A stretch of DNA of 63,974 nt, the filler included, from Catajapyx aquilonaris (taxonomy: Eukaryota), in NCBI GenBank assembly GCA_000934665.2. It is 3 parts of 3 records of this genome, joined end to end, with 100 filler letters (N's around TTAATTAATTAA, not from the genome) between each part and the next. Parts side by side here need not be neighbours in the genome. Positions count along the whole stretch, not along the records: positions 1 to 21,613 come from JYFJ02006046.1; positions 21,714 to 43,148 come from JYFJ02006047.1; 1 more part is not named here. One strand, written 5' to 3'. The stretch's first letter is position 1, and the number at the start of each line of letters is the position of its first letter. A program made the translations under genes and the position numbers. The notes under the pieces were generated by a model. That model worked only from the letters and a program-made list of their open reading frames with translations, was not told where the DNA came from and searched no databases. This document shows, piece after piece, positions 12,738 to 25,800 of this stretch.

Positions 12738-12990
12738 GGGCGACACGGTGGTGTAGTGGTTAGCGCCACAACCTTCCACCTCTAAGGTCCCGAGTTCGAT
12801 CCCCAGGTCAGACAAATGACACTTCTGTGGAAAGAGTTTCGATGGGTTCTCTCTGTGTTGGCGTGGGTTTTCTTGGGGTTCTCCCATTTCCTCCCACTAT
12901 CAAAACCCATCACATGACAGGCAATGAATAAAGACGATCAATTAAAAGATAATCTCCTGAGAGGCCCAAGGAGGCCTATCACAGGGTATC

Positions 12991-13053
<63 letters not shown>
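12738..13053 (+). mobile_element. tRNA-derived SINE with V-domain-like core, (ATT)n tail
   Basis: Box A GGTGTAGTGG, box B GAGTTCGATCC, core GCGTGGGTTTTCTTGGGGTTCTCCCATTTCCTCCCAC, 3' stem GGCC...GGCCTATCACAGGGTATCC then (ATT)n. Second copy at 18557. Confidence 0.85.
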
Positions 13054-13207
13054 GGAACATATAATAATAATAAGAATAATTCATTCATTCATAACATCAC
13101 AGCATAATCCTAGAAATGGGGTAGCCAGCGACTACTAGTTTCTGCCTAGCCGTCTCATATGTCCATTACAATGACTCTTCTGGTGACTGGTCACGCGAGG
13201 CCACGCA

Positions 13208-13208
<1 letters not shown>

Positions 13209-13289
<81 letters not shown>
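13209..13289. repeat. (AAT)n microsatellite
   Basis: Direct reading of a pure TAA/AAT run; source of the poly-Y and poly-L ORFs. Confidence 0.95.
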
Positions 13290-13659
13290 CGGGAAATAGG
13301 TCTGAGGTTAAGGCTTCCTTCGCTCCGGCCAGTAGAGGGGACGTCCCTGGCGGGATCGATGAGGTGCAAGGGTGGTGCCATACACGTCGGCGTGGCCAGG
13401 GCATCCGGAGTAGTGGCTGGNGGCTTGATTTGGCGAAATACCGTATTGGATAGTGTAATATTTAAATTTAATATTCAGAGTCTGTCGTCTGATATGGGCA
13501 GGGGTGGGGGGACAGGACGGGTTGTTTATTATAGGTTTATTTTCACAAGTTTTAATTATTAGTTCATATGTTGGGTTATTAGCTTGTGTCTCCCCTCACC
13601 GCTGACTACCCCTCATAGGGAAATGTGGTGATGATGATGATGATAATGATGATGATGAT

Positions 13660-14280
<621 letters not shown>

Positions 14281-14526
14281 TATTTTGTAACATCCTTGTA
14301 ATCACTTGTAACTATATGGGTATGCATTGATAATGCGTGTGGAAGTGATTTTCATATTATTTCATAAGCCCTACCTTACCCTTATATCACTGTGCCAACG
14401 TCCCCCATGCCTTGTGCCATTGTGCCCCGGGCAAGGGCACAATGGCACATGTGCAGAGGCTTTTTAAATGATTTCTTGTGGATAGCATATTCAAATGCAA
14501 ACATGTGACAATATCACCGCATGTTA

Positions 14527-15500
14527 AACTAGCAAGTTACCCGGCGTTGCCCGGGTATGTTGGGGGTGCTGGTAAAGGTAGGGGTACATATACAGTATAT
14601 TAGGAAGTGTGTTTCCCTTCCATACACTCGAAACTTGATATGTCTTAAAATAGACCTTATAAGTTGCAATAAGCCAAAGTTTGTCACTATCTGTCTTACC
14701 TGCTTGTCTTATAGCGTGTAGTCGACACAGATATTCTGATTGGATGTGTAAAAAGAGGAATGCGGATGGAGTTGGCCCAAGAAAAGACTGCACAGCCATG
14801 TGGTTTTTCCCCTGCATTTTTGACCCCTTGACCCCCCAACCCCACTTCACACCCCCACCTCATTCCATATGTTTGCTCTGAAGAACATCTTTAAGATCTT
14901 TAAACACAAAATTTTTGAACTTAAAAAATTCTTACTAATTTATTGTGAGAACACGCCCTTTTTGTATCAACACTGGAGTAAATAGAGTCACTAAATAATA
15001 AAGTTTTTGGTACTTTTCCGTTTCCTGATGCCCACCATGGATTTTTCTGGAATAGCCCTCCCTTCTGTCAAATCCTTGAAGATGCCATCACACAGCAACG
15101 GACATCTGATAATGCCCTTCTGGAATTATACTGTTGTTGACAGTGCATATTCCTTTTACTGATGGAAAATTAAAAGCGAGAGGTTGACCATAACAGAAGG
15201 GAAGCCTATTCAAGAAAAATCCATAGTGGGCATGAGGAACTGAAAAGTACCAAGTTTTTCCATATTTTAATGGAATGCCATTATTATTTTAAGTTAGATA
15301 AGCAGTTATAGAAAATTTTGCTTGAAGTTGTTATTTTTTAGAAGATTGCTGTGCCCCAACCAGGTGCCCTATTGTATAGAACTGCTATATTAGATCACCT
15401 GGGAGTAATAGGACTCCTGGATTGGTGTGAAACAAGCTAAGGGTCTGGTACGTAATACCGAAAGACATACAGACAGAATAAATTTCCGACAGCTTTATTA
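14527..15500 (+). mobile_element. Non-autonomous Helitron/Helentron (DINE-1/HINE-like) element with internal hairpin
   Basis: 5' AACTAGCAAGTTACCCGGCGTTGCCCGGG terminus; 3' CAGACAGA...CAGCTTTATTA end; internal inverted repeat at ~15005-15070 / 15192-15255. Confidence 0.45.
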
Positions 15501-15731
15501 CCGAAAATATACAAAGAACATAATATACCTTTCCACTTTTTTCCCGTCGGTATTTTATCCCGTCCGTATTTTTTTCGTAGGTATTAGACCCGGGACCGCA
15601 AGCTAAAACTAGCTATTGGATGCGACGCAATTAGATGCATCTTAGAATCAGGTACAAAGCTTTCTTCCATAACGATAGTTAATGATTGTCATTTTATTAT
15701 TTTGTAAAACATGTATTTGCTGCTAGCTTTC

Positions 15732-16888
15732 ACCAAAAGAGAAAATAATAAAAATAACAACCACCCTTACCTTACCTTACCTTTACATTTAATTAGGCTG
15801 GCGGCCAACCTTCGAATTGAATCCACTTGGTTTTACATAAATGGCTACAAAATACAACTGGATTTAGAAAATTATTGCTCCTTATGTAACACCAAAGATG
15901 CATTCACAATACATCATATTCTATATATTTGTCAATCCTTTTCGTTTCCTAGAAAATTGATACTATCATCATGGCCATCAGTCCCGCCAGATAAAATGTA
16001 CTTGATTTTGGAAGATATACCTGCCCACGAAATTCATAAACTGTTTACATTTTTTAAGAAAGCAACATAGCTACTAGAAAATGCAGATACAGTAAAACTT
16101 CTATAAGTCGAATCTCCATGGGACTGGGAAAAAACTTCGAATTATAGAAGATTCGAGTTAGAGAAGTTTGGCTTTTTTATAAGCACAGAACTCCATAAGG
16201 AAGCCTACCTTTATATCCAGCGACGAAAGGTGTTCAAAACTTAAAAATAACTGTCACTATCACACTTACAATGTTCCTCGTTGTTTTGTTGTAAAGAAAT
16301 CTCCGTTATGGACATTTGCTTACTCTTTGATTCAAGGATTCAATAATTGTCACAATCGAGTCAAGCACTTCTTTCGGTACGTCTGGTAGACGGAGATCAG
16401 GAAATGGAGCCTTTCTGTTCATGTGGACTATACTTTCAACCCTTCAGCTGGGAAATGAGACAATTGTCCGTACTCGCCAACATGAACTTGGACTTAGGGA
16501 GACTGAAAATGCATTGATATCCCATCGTAAGGCCCTGCCTGCACTTCGAGTTATAGAAATTCGAGTTAGGGAAGTTTATTTCTTATTATTTTACATTGTG
16601 ACCAACCAAGCTCATCATTTTCTTCGACTTAGGGAAGTTCGCCTTATAGAAGTTTTACTGTATTATCTTATAGATTGTTTATATTGCTTTCCCTTCATTG
16701 TGTGGTAAACATGAATGGTGTTTTTTTCTCTTTTCTTTTTCTCTTTTTTCATTTTCTTTTTTTTCTTCAATTTTTTTTTAACCATATCACTGTATTAATT
16801 ATTTACTGTACTCATGTAACCATTTATTTTGTTAGTTATTGGTACGCTCTCTCTGTCAAAAGGGCAAATCGCCCAGGGAATAATAAAA

Positions 16889-16924
<36 letters not shown>

Positions 16925-16925
16925 A
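15732..16925 (+). mobile_element. 5'-truncated LINE 3' end
   Basis: ORF2 C-terminal zinc knuckle CSLCN....TIHHILYIC followed by R..IL, an AT-rich 3' UTR with AATAATAAA and a (TTG)n tail. Interrupted by the MITE at 16090-16660. Confidence 0.75.
16090..16660. mobile_element. pogo/Tc1-type MITE
   Basis: TIRs CAGTAAAACTTCTATAAG / CTTATAGAAGTTTTACTG with TA target duplication and subterminal TTCGA repeats. Confidence 0.85.
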
Positions 16926-17146
16926 TTAGTCAATCAGCATTCTAGATTGAAGAAAGCTAGCAGCAAATACATGTTTTACAAAATAATAAAATGACAATCA
17001 TTAACTATAGTTATGGAAGAAAGCTTTGTACCTGATTCTGAGATGCATCCTATTTTTTTCTATAATTTTTTAATGCTCTGCATGACATGATGAGGATGGT
17101 GGTTTAATGGAAAATTATCACTGTTGTTATTTCTTATTTTTCTAGT

Positions 17147-17437
17147 ACCAGGCTCAGAAGATCCAAGCCTTTCACGAAAACAGTTCGAAAGCACTCGGTG
17201 ATGTGCTGAAAAGGCTTTCGCAACGTACAACACCATCTAGAAGCAGGCTGCAAAAGAGGAACTCAACCTCTATGGTGTTTGGCTCGAAAACTCCAGAACT
17301 TAAGGTGTCACCCATGGTTGGAGGCCACACAGTTAAGCAGTCTCGCAGCCAATTGCTTCGCAGGCAATTGTATCACATTAAATTGCGTCGCATCCGAGAC
17401 CGCCGCGCAACCAACAGTGCAGATGCTGGAGGCAGTG
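17147..17437 (+). CDS. Second visible exon of the coiled-coil gene
   Basis: Acceptor ttttctag|TAC, donor AGTG|gtgagt. Open in phase with the 12450-12658 exon: YQAQKIQAFHENSSKALGDVLKRLSQRTTPSR...ADAGGS. Confidence 0.55.
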
Positions 17438-17527
17438 GTGAGTTGAAATGAATAAAAAGATGTCATTCTGGTTTTATAACTTTAAAGTGGGATATATGAT
17501 GATATTTTTATTTAAAATTTTTTGTAG

Positions 17528-18113
17528 ACAGTGGTGCCACTGCATTGTCACATGCCAGTGGGCAAAGATAAAGTGCAATAACCAGTGCTGTGGGAATGAC
17601 ACCCAGACCAGCGCTGACAGCGCTAGTTAAAACCCCGTATCTTCGAAAATCACGTAATCTCTTATAATAATTGGAGATAAATGCACTATTGCACTCCTCT
17701 TTGCAAGCCACACCTTTTGGTACAAAGCCTGTAACTGTAGGAGAAACCCTTGCAAAGCTATGGCAAAGTTATGGCCAATTGAAATCATGCACTTCCATAT
17801 ACGATAATGAAAACAAAGAACTTCAAACACAAATATCTCGAAATGACAAAAAGCCGAGATACAGGGGTTTGACTTGGGCCGTCAGAGCCGAAGACAATAG
17901 CTCCACAGCATCACATTCCTCACAGGAGGTTGCAGTTGGAATTGGCCTTATGCAGATTGCATCACCTACTGTACTACCTCACAGCCTCACCCACAGCTTC
18001 ATGGAGCTAGTTCTAATCAGTTGCTGAACCATTGACTTCTGCAGCTACTCCAGAACCATTGACTTCTGCAGCTGCTCCAGAACCATTGACTTCTGCAGCT
18101 ACTCCAGAACCAA
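17528..18113 (+). pseudogene. Disrupted third exon of the coiled-coil gene
   Basis: Acceptor tttgtag|AC in the expected phase, but in-frame stops at ~17569 and ~17665 and a frame change before the PEPLTSAAT repeats. Possible donor CCAA|gtgaga. Confidence 0.4.
18026..18112 (+). repeat. 27-bp tandem repeat x3 (PLTSAA[T/A]PE)
   Basis: CCATTGACTTCTGCAGCT(A/G)CTCCAGAA repeated three times. Confidence 0.9.
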
Positions 18114-18556
18114 GTGAGACCAAATTTCGCGTCTGGGTTGTGCCTATCCCCTACATAAGTAAGAGGGAAACGATCGTAATCATCCAGTATCCCTTGGATA
18201 TGAAACATGGAAGTTAACTCGTCCATTCCAATGTCTGTCCTGGCCACCATCTTGTGTTAGGTACTGATCATGTAGCCTACTGATAGATATTGGACTCGAG
18301 ATAAATGCATGCACTTGGCAATTCTTGAGTTACAACTTGTAACAACTCAAAGACAGCTAGTTGTTACCCTTGCCCCAAGCAGCTGTCTTTATTTTTTGTC
18401 ACTTTTGAGTAAACACCACCCGAAAAATCTTACGTAAAGGTGCTCCTAATGAGCCCAAGACTCTGCTCAAAATAGTTATCTTGGCACCATATCAAGAGGA
18501 GGAAATCTGGGAATCCCATTTAACTTACTTCTATACAAATAGAATATGTGAAAGGC

Positions 18557-18830
18557 AGCATGGGCGTGTAGTGGTTATCGCCACAGCCTTCCACCCGAGT
18601 TTGATCCCCGGATTGGACAGAGGATAGGGTTCGATGGGTTCTCTCCATGTTCGCATGGGTTTTCTTGGGGCTGTTCCATTTCCTTCCACATTTAACATCC
18701 ATCACAGCAGAGGCAATGATTCAAGACGGTCAATGAAAAGATGATCCTCCGAAAGGCTCAAGGAAGCCTATCACAGGGTATCCATTGTTGTTGTTGTTGT
18801 TGTTAATAATAATAATAATAATAATAATAA
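18557..18830 (+). mobile_element. tRNA-derived SINE, same family as 12738
   Basis: GTGTAGTGGTTA head, GGGTTTTCTTGGGGCTGTTCCATTTCCTTCCAC core, GCCTATCACAGGGTATCC then (TTG)n(TAA)n tail. Confidence 0.8.
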
Positions 18831-19440
18831 TTTACAACAGTGTCTTTTTCTCAGAATGAGGTTTGGCTAAGATAGCTGCTTTTGGCTGCCACCACCTCAA
18901 TTAGCTTTTCTGTCCATCCAAAATGATGACTTCTATTTATGACACAGTTAAATGTTCAATAATTTTTGCCCGTTAATGAGCAAAAATAGGCTTATTTAGG
19001 AATGCATATCAGTAAGTAGCTTTGTTATAATATAAACAATTAGGTTTACATCACCAAACATTGTAATCTTACACGAAGACATTTTCTGAGGGGTTTGAAG
19101 TCATTAGTCTGGAATCAGTAGCTTTTTCAGCAACTGGGGATAAGTATAGTGTGCTGCCACCTTATTTTTTAGTTGGACACTATAGATATTGACAGGTCTC
19201 GCTTTGGTTTTTGATAATCATGTTCAATGAGTGGTGATTATTTTCTAATCTGAGATTATGGTGAGGGATGGGGAGAGTTGAACCTCCATTTATCAAAGAA
19301 ACACCATGACATCTAGCATAATAAGCTCAAGTTCCATTGTAATACTGTGATTCCACACTGTGGCATGCAAGTGTGACAGGATGGACACAAAGACAATATG
19401 GATCTGGTGTAATAGCAGTTTAATTCTGTACGACACATTA

Positions 19441-19640
19441 TGTCACCGGTACTCAGGATACCAGGGTGGTGAGGGTAAGAAGGGAACAGGTAGGGAGGCG
19501 AGCTTCAAGGAAGGCAAGCCGTGACCAATCGCTAGGATATTCTCCCACCAACTGGCCTGGAGCCGAGGGTGGCTACGGTTTATAAAGGGGTGCTGGCGCA
19601 ATGCGAGATGGGAATGGAGACTTCGTTTGGTCACGTGACA
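19441..19640 (+). mobile_element. Possible solo LTR
   Basis: TGTCAC...GTGACA termini with internal CCAAT and TTTATAAA boxes; GC-richer than flanks; no clear TSD. Confidence 0.35.
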
Positions 19641-20221
19641 AAGTACACATAATAGCAAAGAAATGTACGTCAAGTACAGTCATGTCCAAAATGAACGGTC
19701 ACAGTGGTGATATGGGCCGGATAAAATACTGTCACACAAGTATAAGACAGGGTTGACCAGGGCCTATAAATTTTTGTAAGGAGAAAAAAAGAGGGGGCGA
19801 CATTTTATTTGATCCATTTGTGCAAATTGATTAGTGAATACAGTATTATGATCATGCAGGCACTAGCATAATGTTCATGCAACATGCTGATATCTTAGAC
19901 CTTAGAGAATGGAATAGAGCGTAGGAGGTCTTGCACTGGGATAGTTGGCAATTGTGCTAGGTGAATCTTTCTGAGATTGCATAATCCTTAGGAGCTCAAA
20001 GGGATTCAATGATGTGAGCATACATGATGTACTGTAATAGCATATAGTGGACAATACTTAACAGAAAATTGGACTTCTTGCTAGAGCAAATCACACCTTA
20101 TTACTGGAATGAACAATCTCTTCTTGTCAGTCTGGATTTTTTAAGGCCTATCTGATATAAGTAAATTTCAATGCCCGTTCAGGACATACGTATAATGTCA
20201 TCTATCTTCTTTGATTCTCAG

Positions 20222-20373
20222 ATCCAGCAACCCCAGCAAATGTGAAAGCCGAAGGAAGTGGACGTACACCTTACCCTCTGAGGAATAGATCTGCATCTAA
20301 TCTAGGCAAGTCCTCTTCCTGTCATTATAATGCTGGCAATTTGCAAAATATGAGGACCACCACAAAAACATGA
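20222..20373 (+). CDS. Putative terminal exon of the coiled-coil gene
   Basis: Pyrimidine-rich acceptor ttgattctcag|AT; open frame PATPANVKAEGSGRTPYPLRNRSASNLGKSSSCHYNAGNLQNMRTTTKT*. Confidence 0.4.
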
Positions 20374-21613
20374 TTATTTTTTTAAAGGTTTTTCAGATAT
20401 GTCAACTTTTGTTCTGGGGAACTCCTAATTGTGCCTAAAAGGGGGTTACTGAAAATAGGATTGGTCACACAGTCTACATTATTTTTTAAATATGCACTGT
20501 GCAACAGAACTGACATATTTTCACAGCCTGTACACTCGGCCATTTTCATTGTAACATAATTTCAGAATGGTACTAGAGGGATTCCATTAAAAAATGACAA
20601 GGATCAAAATTACGGAAATCTACCTTGGTTATTGCGGCATGCCGGCCACCCCCAGGTTATACCGGCATGCTGGTCGACCACGTTTTATACCGGCATGCCG
20701 CTTTATGTGAGGTAATACGGTACGGGAGAGCCTGGGTTTGAATCCTGGTGCTGATCATTTAAGGAGATGTTTTTTTGTCCCCCCAGGACATTTTTGTAGT
20801 CCTTTCCTTTTAGAGAGCTTACAACTGCTGCTTGTCTTGCTCTGCTACCCCTGAAAAATGCAAGGCAGTTTTATAAGAGTGTTTTACTTGAGCACCTGAG
20901 ATTTTGGTGCAAATGGTGCAGCATAGTGACAAATATATTGAATTGTAACAGAGGTAGCTTGAGATGAGATGTACCATAGGTGTTTTACTGGAGCCCTGAT
21001 ATAGTTTGGCCTCAACTTACCTTGGTCTCGCAGCAGCCACCACCCATCCCGAGTAAACACCTTTCGCGTGCACCATTAGCCAGGACAAGAGTTGGACAGG
21101 GCTTGAGGTCACAAAAGGCTTTGATGCGGTGCCTACATCTCATGCATATTGCAAATATCCGATAGTCAGATGAATCCCTCTCTGCTGCGGTTTTAATATT
21201 ATACAAAAAACTGAGTTGCATTTTTCCATAAGGTATTATTATTAGAAACTATCTCATTAAAAATATTATTGCAGTGTGGTTTGCAAGGAATCTGAGAATA
21301 GATTCCTTTTCTCAATCAGCTAGAAAATTATTACTAAGGGAAAGGATCTATTGCAAGATTGCTTTTCCTTGAAATGCCACAAGTTTTAGTGGAAGTTTTC
21401 CTGTTAATGTTACAGGAAAAAAAGCTCAATTTTGTCATGTACTTGCTCTGATCTGAAAATATTGGGACACCCCCAAAAAATGGAGTGGTGGGGTTATACG
21501 CAGGATGTGATAAAACGTTTCCATTAAGATTATCTGGACTTTAGAATGGATAATTATGAATAGTAACAATTGAGCTAGGAGGATACCAAATTTGAAGTTC
21601 ATTTGACAGTTAA

Positions 21614-21713
21614 NNNNNNNNNNNNNNNNNNNNNNNNNNNNNNNNNNNNNNNNNNNNTTAATTAATTAANNNNNNNNNNNNNNNNNNNNNNNNNNNNNNN
21701 NNNNNNNNNNNNN
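21614..21713. other. Artificial contig-concatenation spacer
   Basis: 44 N + TTAATTAATTAA (stops in all six frames) + 44 N = 100 bp. Confidence 0.95.
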
Positions 21714-22737
21714 CAAAAGAAAGGAAAAAAAAAGTTTCAGATCGGGTTTAATAGGCTAGTTCCAAAATCATGTCGGATTACATGTCTAGCCGTGCAGTCA
21801 AATTTTTTTTAAAGAGGCAATGTTCCGCAAATAATGTAACTAGATTTGGCACTAGTTTTAGTACATTACACACAACTTGTAACGAAGCTTTGTGCCCCAT
21901 TGTTTGGGAAGTACCGCTTTTCAACAGTTAATGAAGTAAAGCACTGTACAGCACACAGTTCACCTACTAAGTCCACATTTCTATGGAGAGCCTACGGATT
22001 GTTTGTCAGCTACTGTTCGAGAGGAAAATAAGCATGCGTGCATGCCAACTGAAAGAGCATGTTACACAATTTCTAATCAGTTCTGGATGTATTTTAGCAA
22101 ATCATTTTAAAATGTCATTTATTCCTTTTCCGTCACTTTGTAACTGCTACAGCCCAGCACCATTGTTAACTTGTGGACTTGCGCAGTCTGTAACGTAGAT
22201 AGGTAATATCCTCAATATTACAGACAATACGCCTCCAGTTTGCACATTTCACCCGGGTCGTATAGATTGCATACAGTTCCATGTTCCGCAACCCGTATAG
22301 AACTAGACCTCAAATGTGCGGCAGGTGCTTTTTGGGGGCAACAACAAAAGAGGGGAGGTGTGAGTTGTAAATGGAAATGTTATTGTTGTAGTCTACACCA
22401 TATCTGGCTGGCAGATCGATGCCCACCGGTGCGGTTGAGGGTGAAGTTCGCTGAAGTTCGCGATTTGCCTAATGGCCCCCCCTTTTATACCTCCAAGCAT
22501 ACCATTTTTGGAGGGGGAAGCCTAGGGTCATTCATTCCTGACCCTTTTCCTCTTTTATATATATACGCCCGTAACGAAGTGCCCCTGACATAAACGCGGT
22601 ACGTGCAAAATCGAACCCAATGGCCTCTTTCTCATGGGGGCACTTCATCGCAGGTGAGCCCCAGTCTACCCGAGAAATCCGACCAATTCATCAACCCTGA
22701 TCTGATTTAGCGAATAACGTAACGATAGTTGGATCCC

Positions 22738-22891
22738 TGTGACTACTTGTGACATGAGGGGATGTGACGTCATCAAAATGGCGGTGGGGGTGTCAGCCCC
22801 AGTGTGACTAGTCGTGACATGGGGGTGTGATGTCATCAAAATGGCGGTTTAGGGGGGTGTCAGCTCCAGTGTGACTACTGGTGACATGGGG
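22738..22891. repeat. ~65-67-bp tandem repeat x2.3 with TGA(C/T)GTCA and CAAAATGGCGG motifs
   Basis: Units start at 22738, 22803 and 22870 (TGTGACTA...GTGACATG...GTGA[C/T]GTCATCAAAATGGCGG...GGGGTGTCAGC[C/T]CCAG). Confidence 0.85.
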
Positions 22892-25800
22892 AGAGGTCGA
22901 AAAACTTGAATATTTTAATAGTTACGTGCTTTTTGGAAGTCTCCGGACCTCTGAGGAACCCAAACCCCCATTTCCCCTCAACCATACCCCACCCAACAAC
23001 CATTTGGACCGTATAAATCAATACGGGGTAGAACGGGAACGAACAGGAGCGCAAGTGTCGAGTTTCCCCCTCCAACCAACTCCAAGCACCCCTCTCCCTT
23101 TTATATATAAAAAAAAGAGGGTGGGTCCTATATATAAGACGAGTGTTGGTGACACAGGAGGATGGTCGTCTGAAAAAGAGGGTTGGATGACCCCTAGTAG
23201 AAGTAGAGAGGGCAGGGGGTCACAGGGATAAGTTTTGCGGTGGCGCTGCCTAGAACCTGGGGGGCATTGATCAGTGGAAGGGGCGTTTTCAGTGGCGCCG
23301 GCGCCTACTGATGGTGCTGCTGGTTCTTCTGGTTGCTTCTGGGCTTCGCACATGCAGCTGCAGCCTGGGCGTCGGGTGTTGAACAGGGCTGGCTTCCCCT
23401 GTAAGTAAGCCTCGGATTCATATCGGGTCATATGTAGTCCCGGCATGTTGATAGATATTCCCCCTCATTTTAATATCTATGAGTAGAAAAAAGACACGAC
23501 AGGACTGTGTTTTTTTAATTAAACCCGGTTCACAAACTAAAATTAAGATTTTTTTAAAAAAAACTCCATTTATGATAACTGGAGAATTTTAACTTAATTT
23601 TGTGTTTGTGCAACTGGGGGCCATGTTAGCTTGTGCGTGTAGTCTAGTCATTATATTGTCTGTGACCGGCCGGTATAGCGACACCTTTGGGAACATTACG
23701 TTGATGGTCCGGATATCCAGCTGTGTTACGGTTCGAAGGCCTTTGCAGTAGGCTGCAAAAAATATATATAACGCGCCGCTTCCACTGATCTGCCGCCTAC
23801 ATAATGAGTTGCGTCCTGATAGCGGTGCAATTATCTAGGCTCCTCAGCGGGGGGAAATTAATGAGACGATACATGAATATTAACCAGACGATTTAACATG
23901 CAGAGCGACCAACAATATTTGTAATTGCCGGGACTTGTACTACTTGGCGACTTGACATTTTTTTGGTGAATAATATTTTTTTAAAACAAATTATTATTCA
24001 TGTGTAGGTTTGAGGACTAATTTTCTTTTCATAACAGGACCTGTGAGCTGTCGGAGCCTGTGCCTTTTGAGATGCGAGGGGGGACAACGTCATGCTCTGT
24101 AGAACCGCAGAGAGTTAGGCCAAAGTTAAGGGGGTAAGTCAGCCCATCGTCACGGGGGTTTGTGCCTCATTCAAAAAAAAACTCAACAATAGAAGAAACA
24201 AATGGGAACCCGGTAGTTAGTTGAAGGCGAAAATATTAACTCTGTACTTTTGTGCAGTTGTAGGTAGCTCTCTTCTACTCTGTATACCTTTTGCAAGGGT
24301 CATTCCAAGTGTGACATTACTGCCATCCTAAGCAAAAATGCCGTATCTGTTATCTCAGCAGTTACGGCCTTTTTACTTAGGAAGCTTGTAGTTAGTGGGA
24401 TGCAAGTAGATCGTGCACTTATGTGACACTCTCTTAATTATTTAGGCGGATTGTAATAACTCTCTGTAGATATGCCGCAGTTGCGTGCATAGCAGGAAAT
24501 TTTGCAGGCCTTTTTTTTGTGTATATGGTTCAGAAAAAATGTGTGGGGGGGACCACGCCCACTTATTCTAGGAAACGACTTTGGGCTGCTATTCGACGCC
24601 CCCCCAAAAGGTCGAAGAAAACCGAACGAAGGATGACGGGTATGGCTGGCCCCAAAATTGAATCGAGGGACCCAGCCGATTGCTTTATGAAATGATCCTA
24701 TCAAAGGCTGTAAGGTCGAGCATACCCCCCTCCCCCCTTGGCTTTTGCTGATATTCCCATCCGTTTCTGTCTCCCCCCCAACCACAAATTTTGCTCGCTT
24801 TAATGAAGAACCTGCTTAAATTCCTGGCCCTATTAACTTTGCTATCGATCCGCAAAATGTAATAATAAAACCACACCTTAAAAGATATGGGAATTTAAAC
24901 GGTTCAGATCTATGAATCCAGCGCGGTTTGCACAAATGAAATTTTGATGTGCTCGCCATTTTTTTGTGTGCAAATATTGTAAAAGTTTGGTCGGATATTT
25001 CGCTGATTTTTTTTTGTGCAGGTAAGTTATTGAATGCATTGAAATGTCATTGTCCTCTGTACGCCACCAATTTTGCGCCATTAATCATGATTGCTAAAAT
25101 CTAATTAGTACGCACTGTTTTTGATTGGCGTGCTGACATTATTCGAGCGTTGCGGGCTGACATTGTGCCAAAAAAAATTGAATATTAGAGCGCCGCAAAA
25201 AAAATTTGACATCCCTTATCGCTAAAAATGCGCTATCTAAAATTTAGTTATGAACTTTATGCACTATCGCTTGAAACAGCCGGGAGCTTTTCATATCCGC
25301 GAATAAAGCTTCTATCGCTCATTCCGAATCAGTGGGTTTTAAGCCAAAAAATTTTGCGCGGAAATATTGCAAAAAAAAATCCCAACAATTTTCGCTCCCG
25401 GTATATAATCCTATCTGCCAAAGTAAATGCGATGGAGACCTATCAAGCTTAAGCTCAGGATATTGCTAGCTTCCCCCCCAAAAAGTGTATAAGTTTAAAT
25501 AAACTGGAGTTTGTTACCTGTAACCATGTTTGAGGAGACCTCGTTGAGAGAAAGAGATATTCCCAGCACGTTTTACGACCGGAGTAAAAATGACCAGATT
25601 TGATCTCGGATTGCACTCGTGTCTCTCGTAAAAACCCGACGGAAAAGGTCTCCACGTTTCCTGGACCCCGACGACATTAGCACATGTTGCCACAACCGTC
25701 AGTTTCAAAAAAAAAAAAAAAAACAGAAATTGCACATTTTTTGTAGCACATAACGAGTTTTTTCGCTGGTGCAAAAATGATAAGATAAATCTACATGTTT

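Noticed and set aside
13135..13404. Poly-Tyr/Leu/Ile/Ser/Cys ORFs (also 8770, 16675, 43764, 57953)
   Set aside because: Translations of trinucleotide microsatellites.
24520..24700. Weak resemblance of VWGGPRPLILGNDFGLL to a PIF1/Helitron helicase motif
   Set aside because: Too short, interrupted by stops, and no other helicase motifs nearby.
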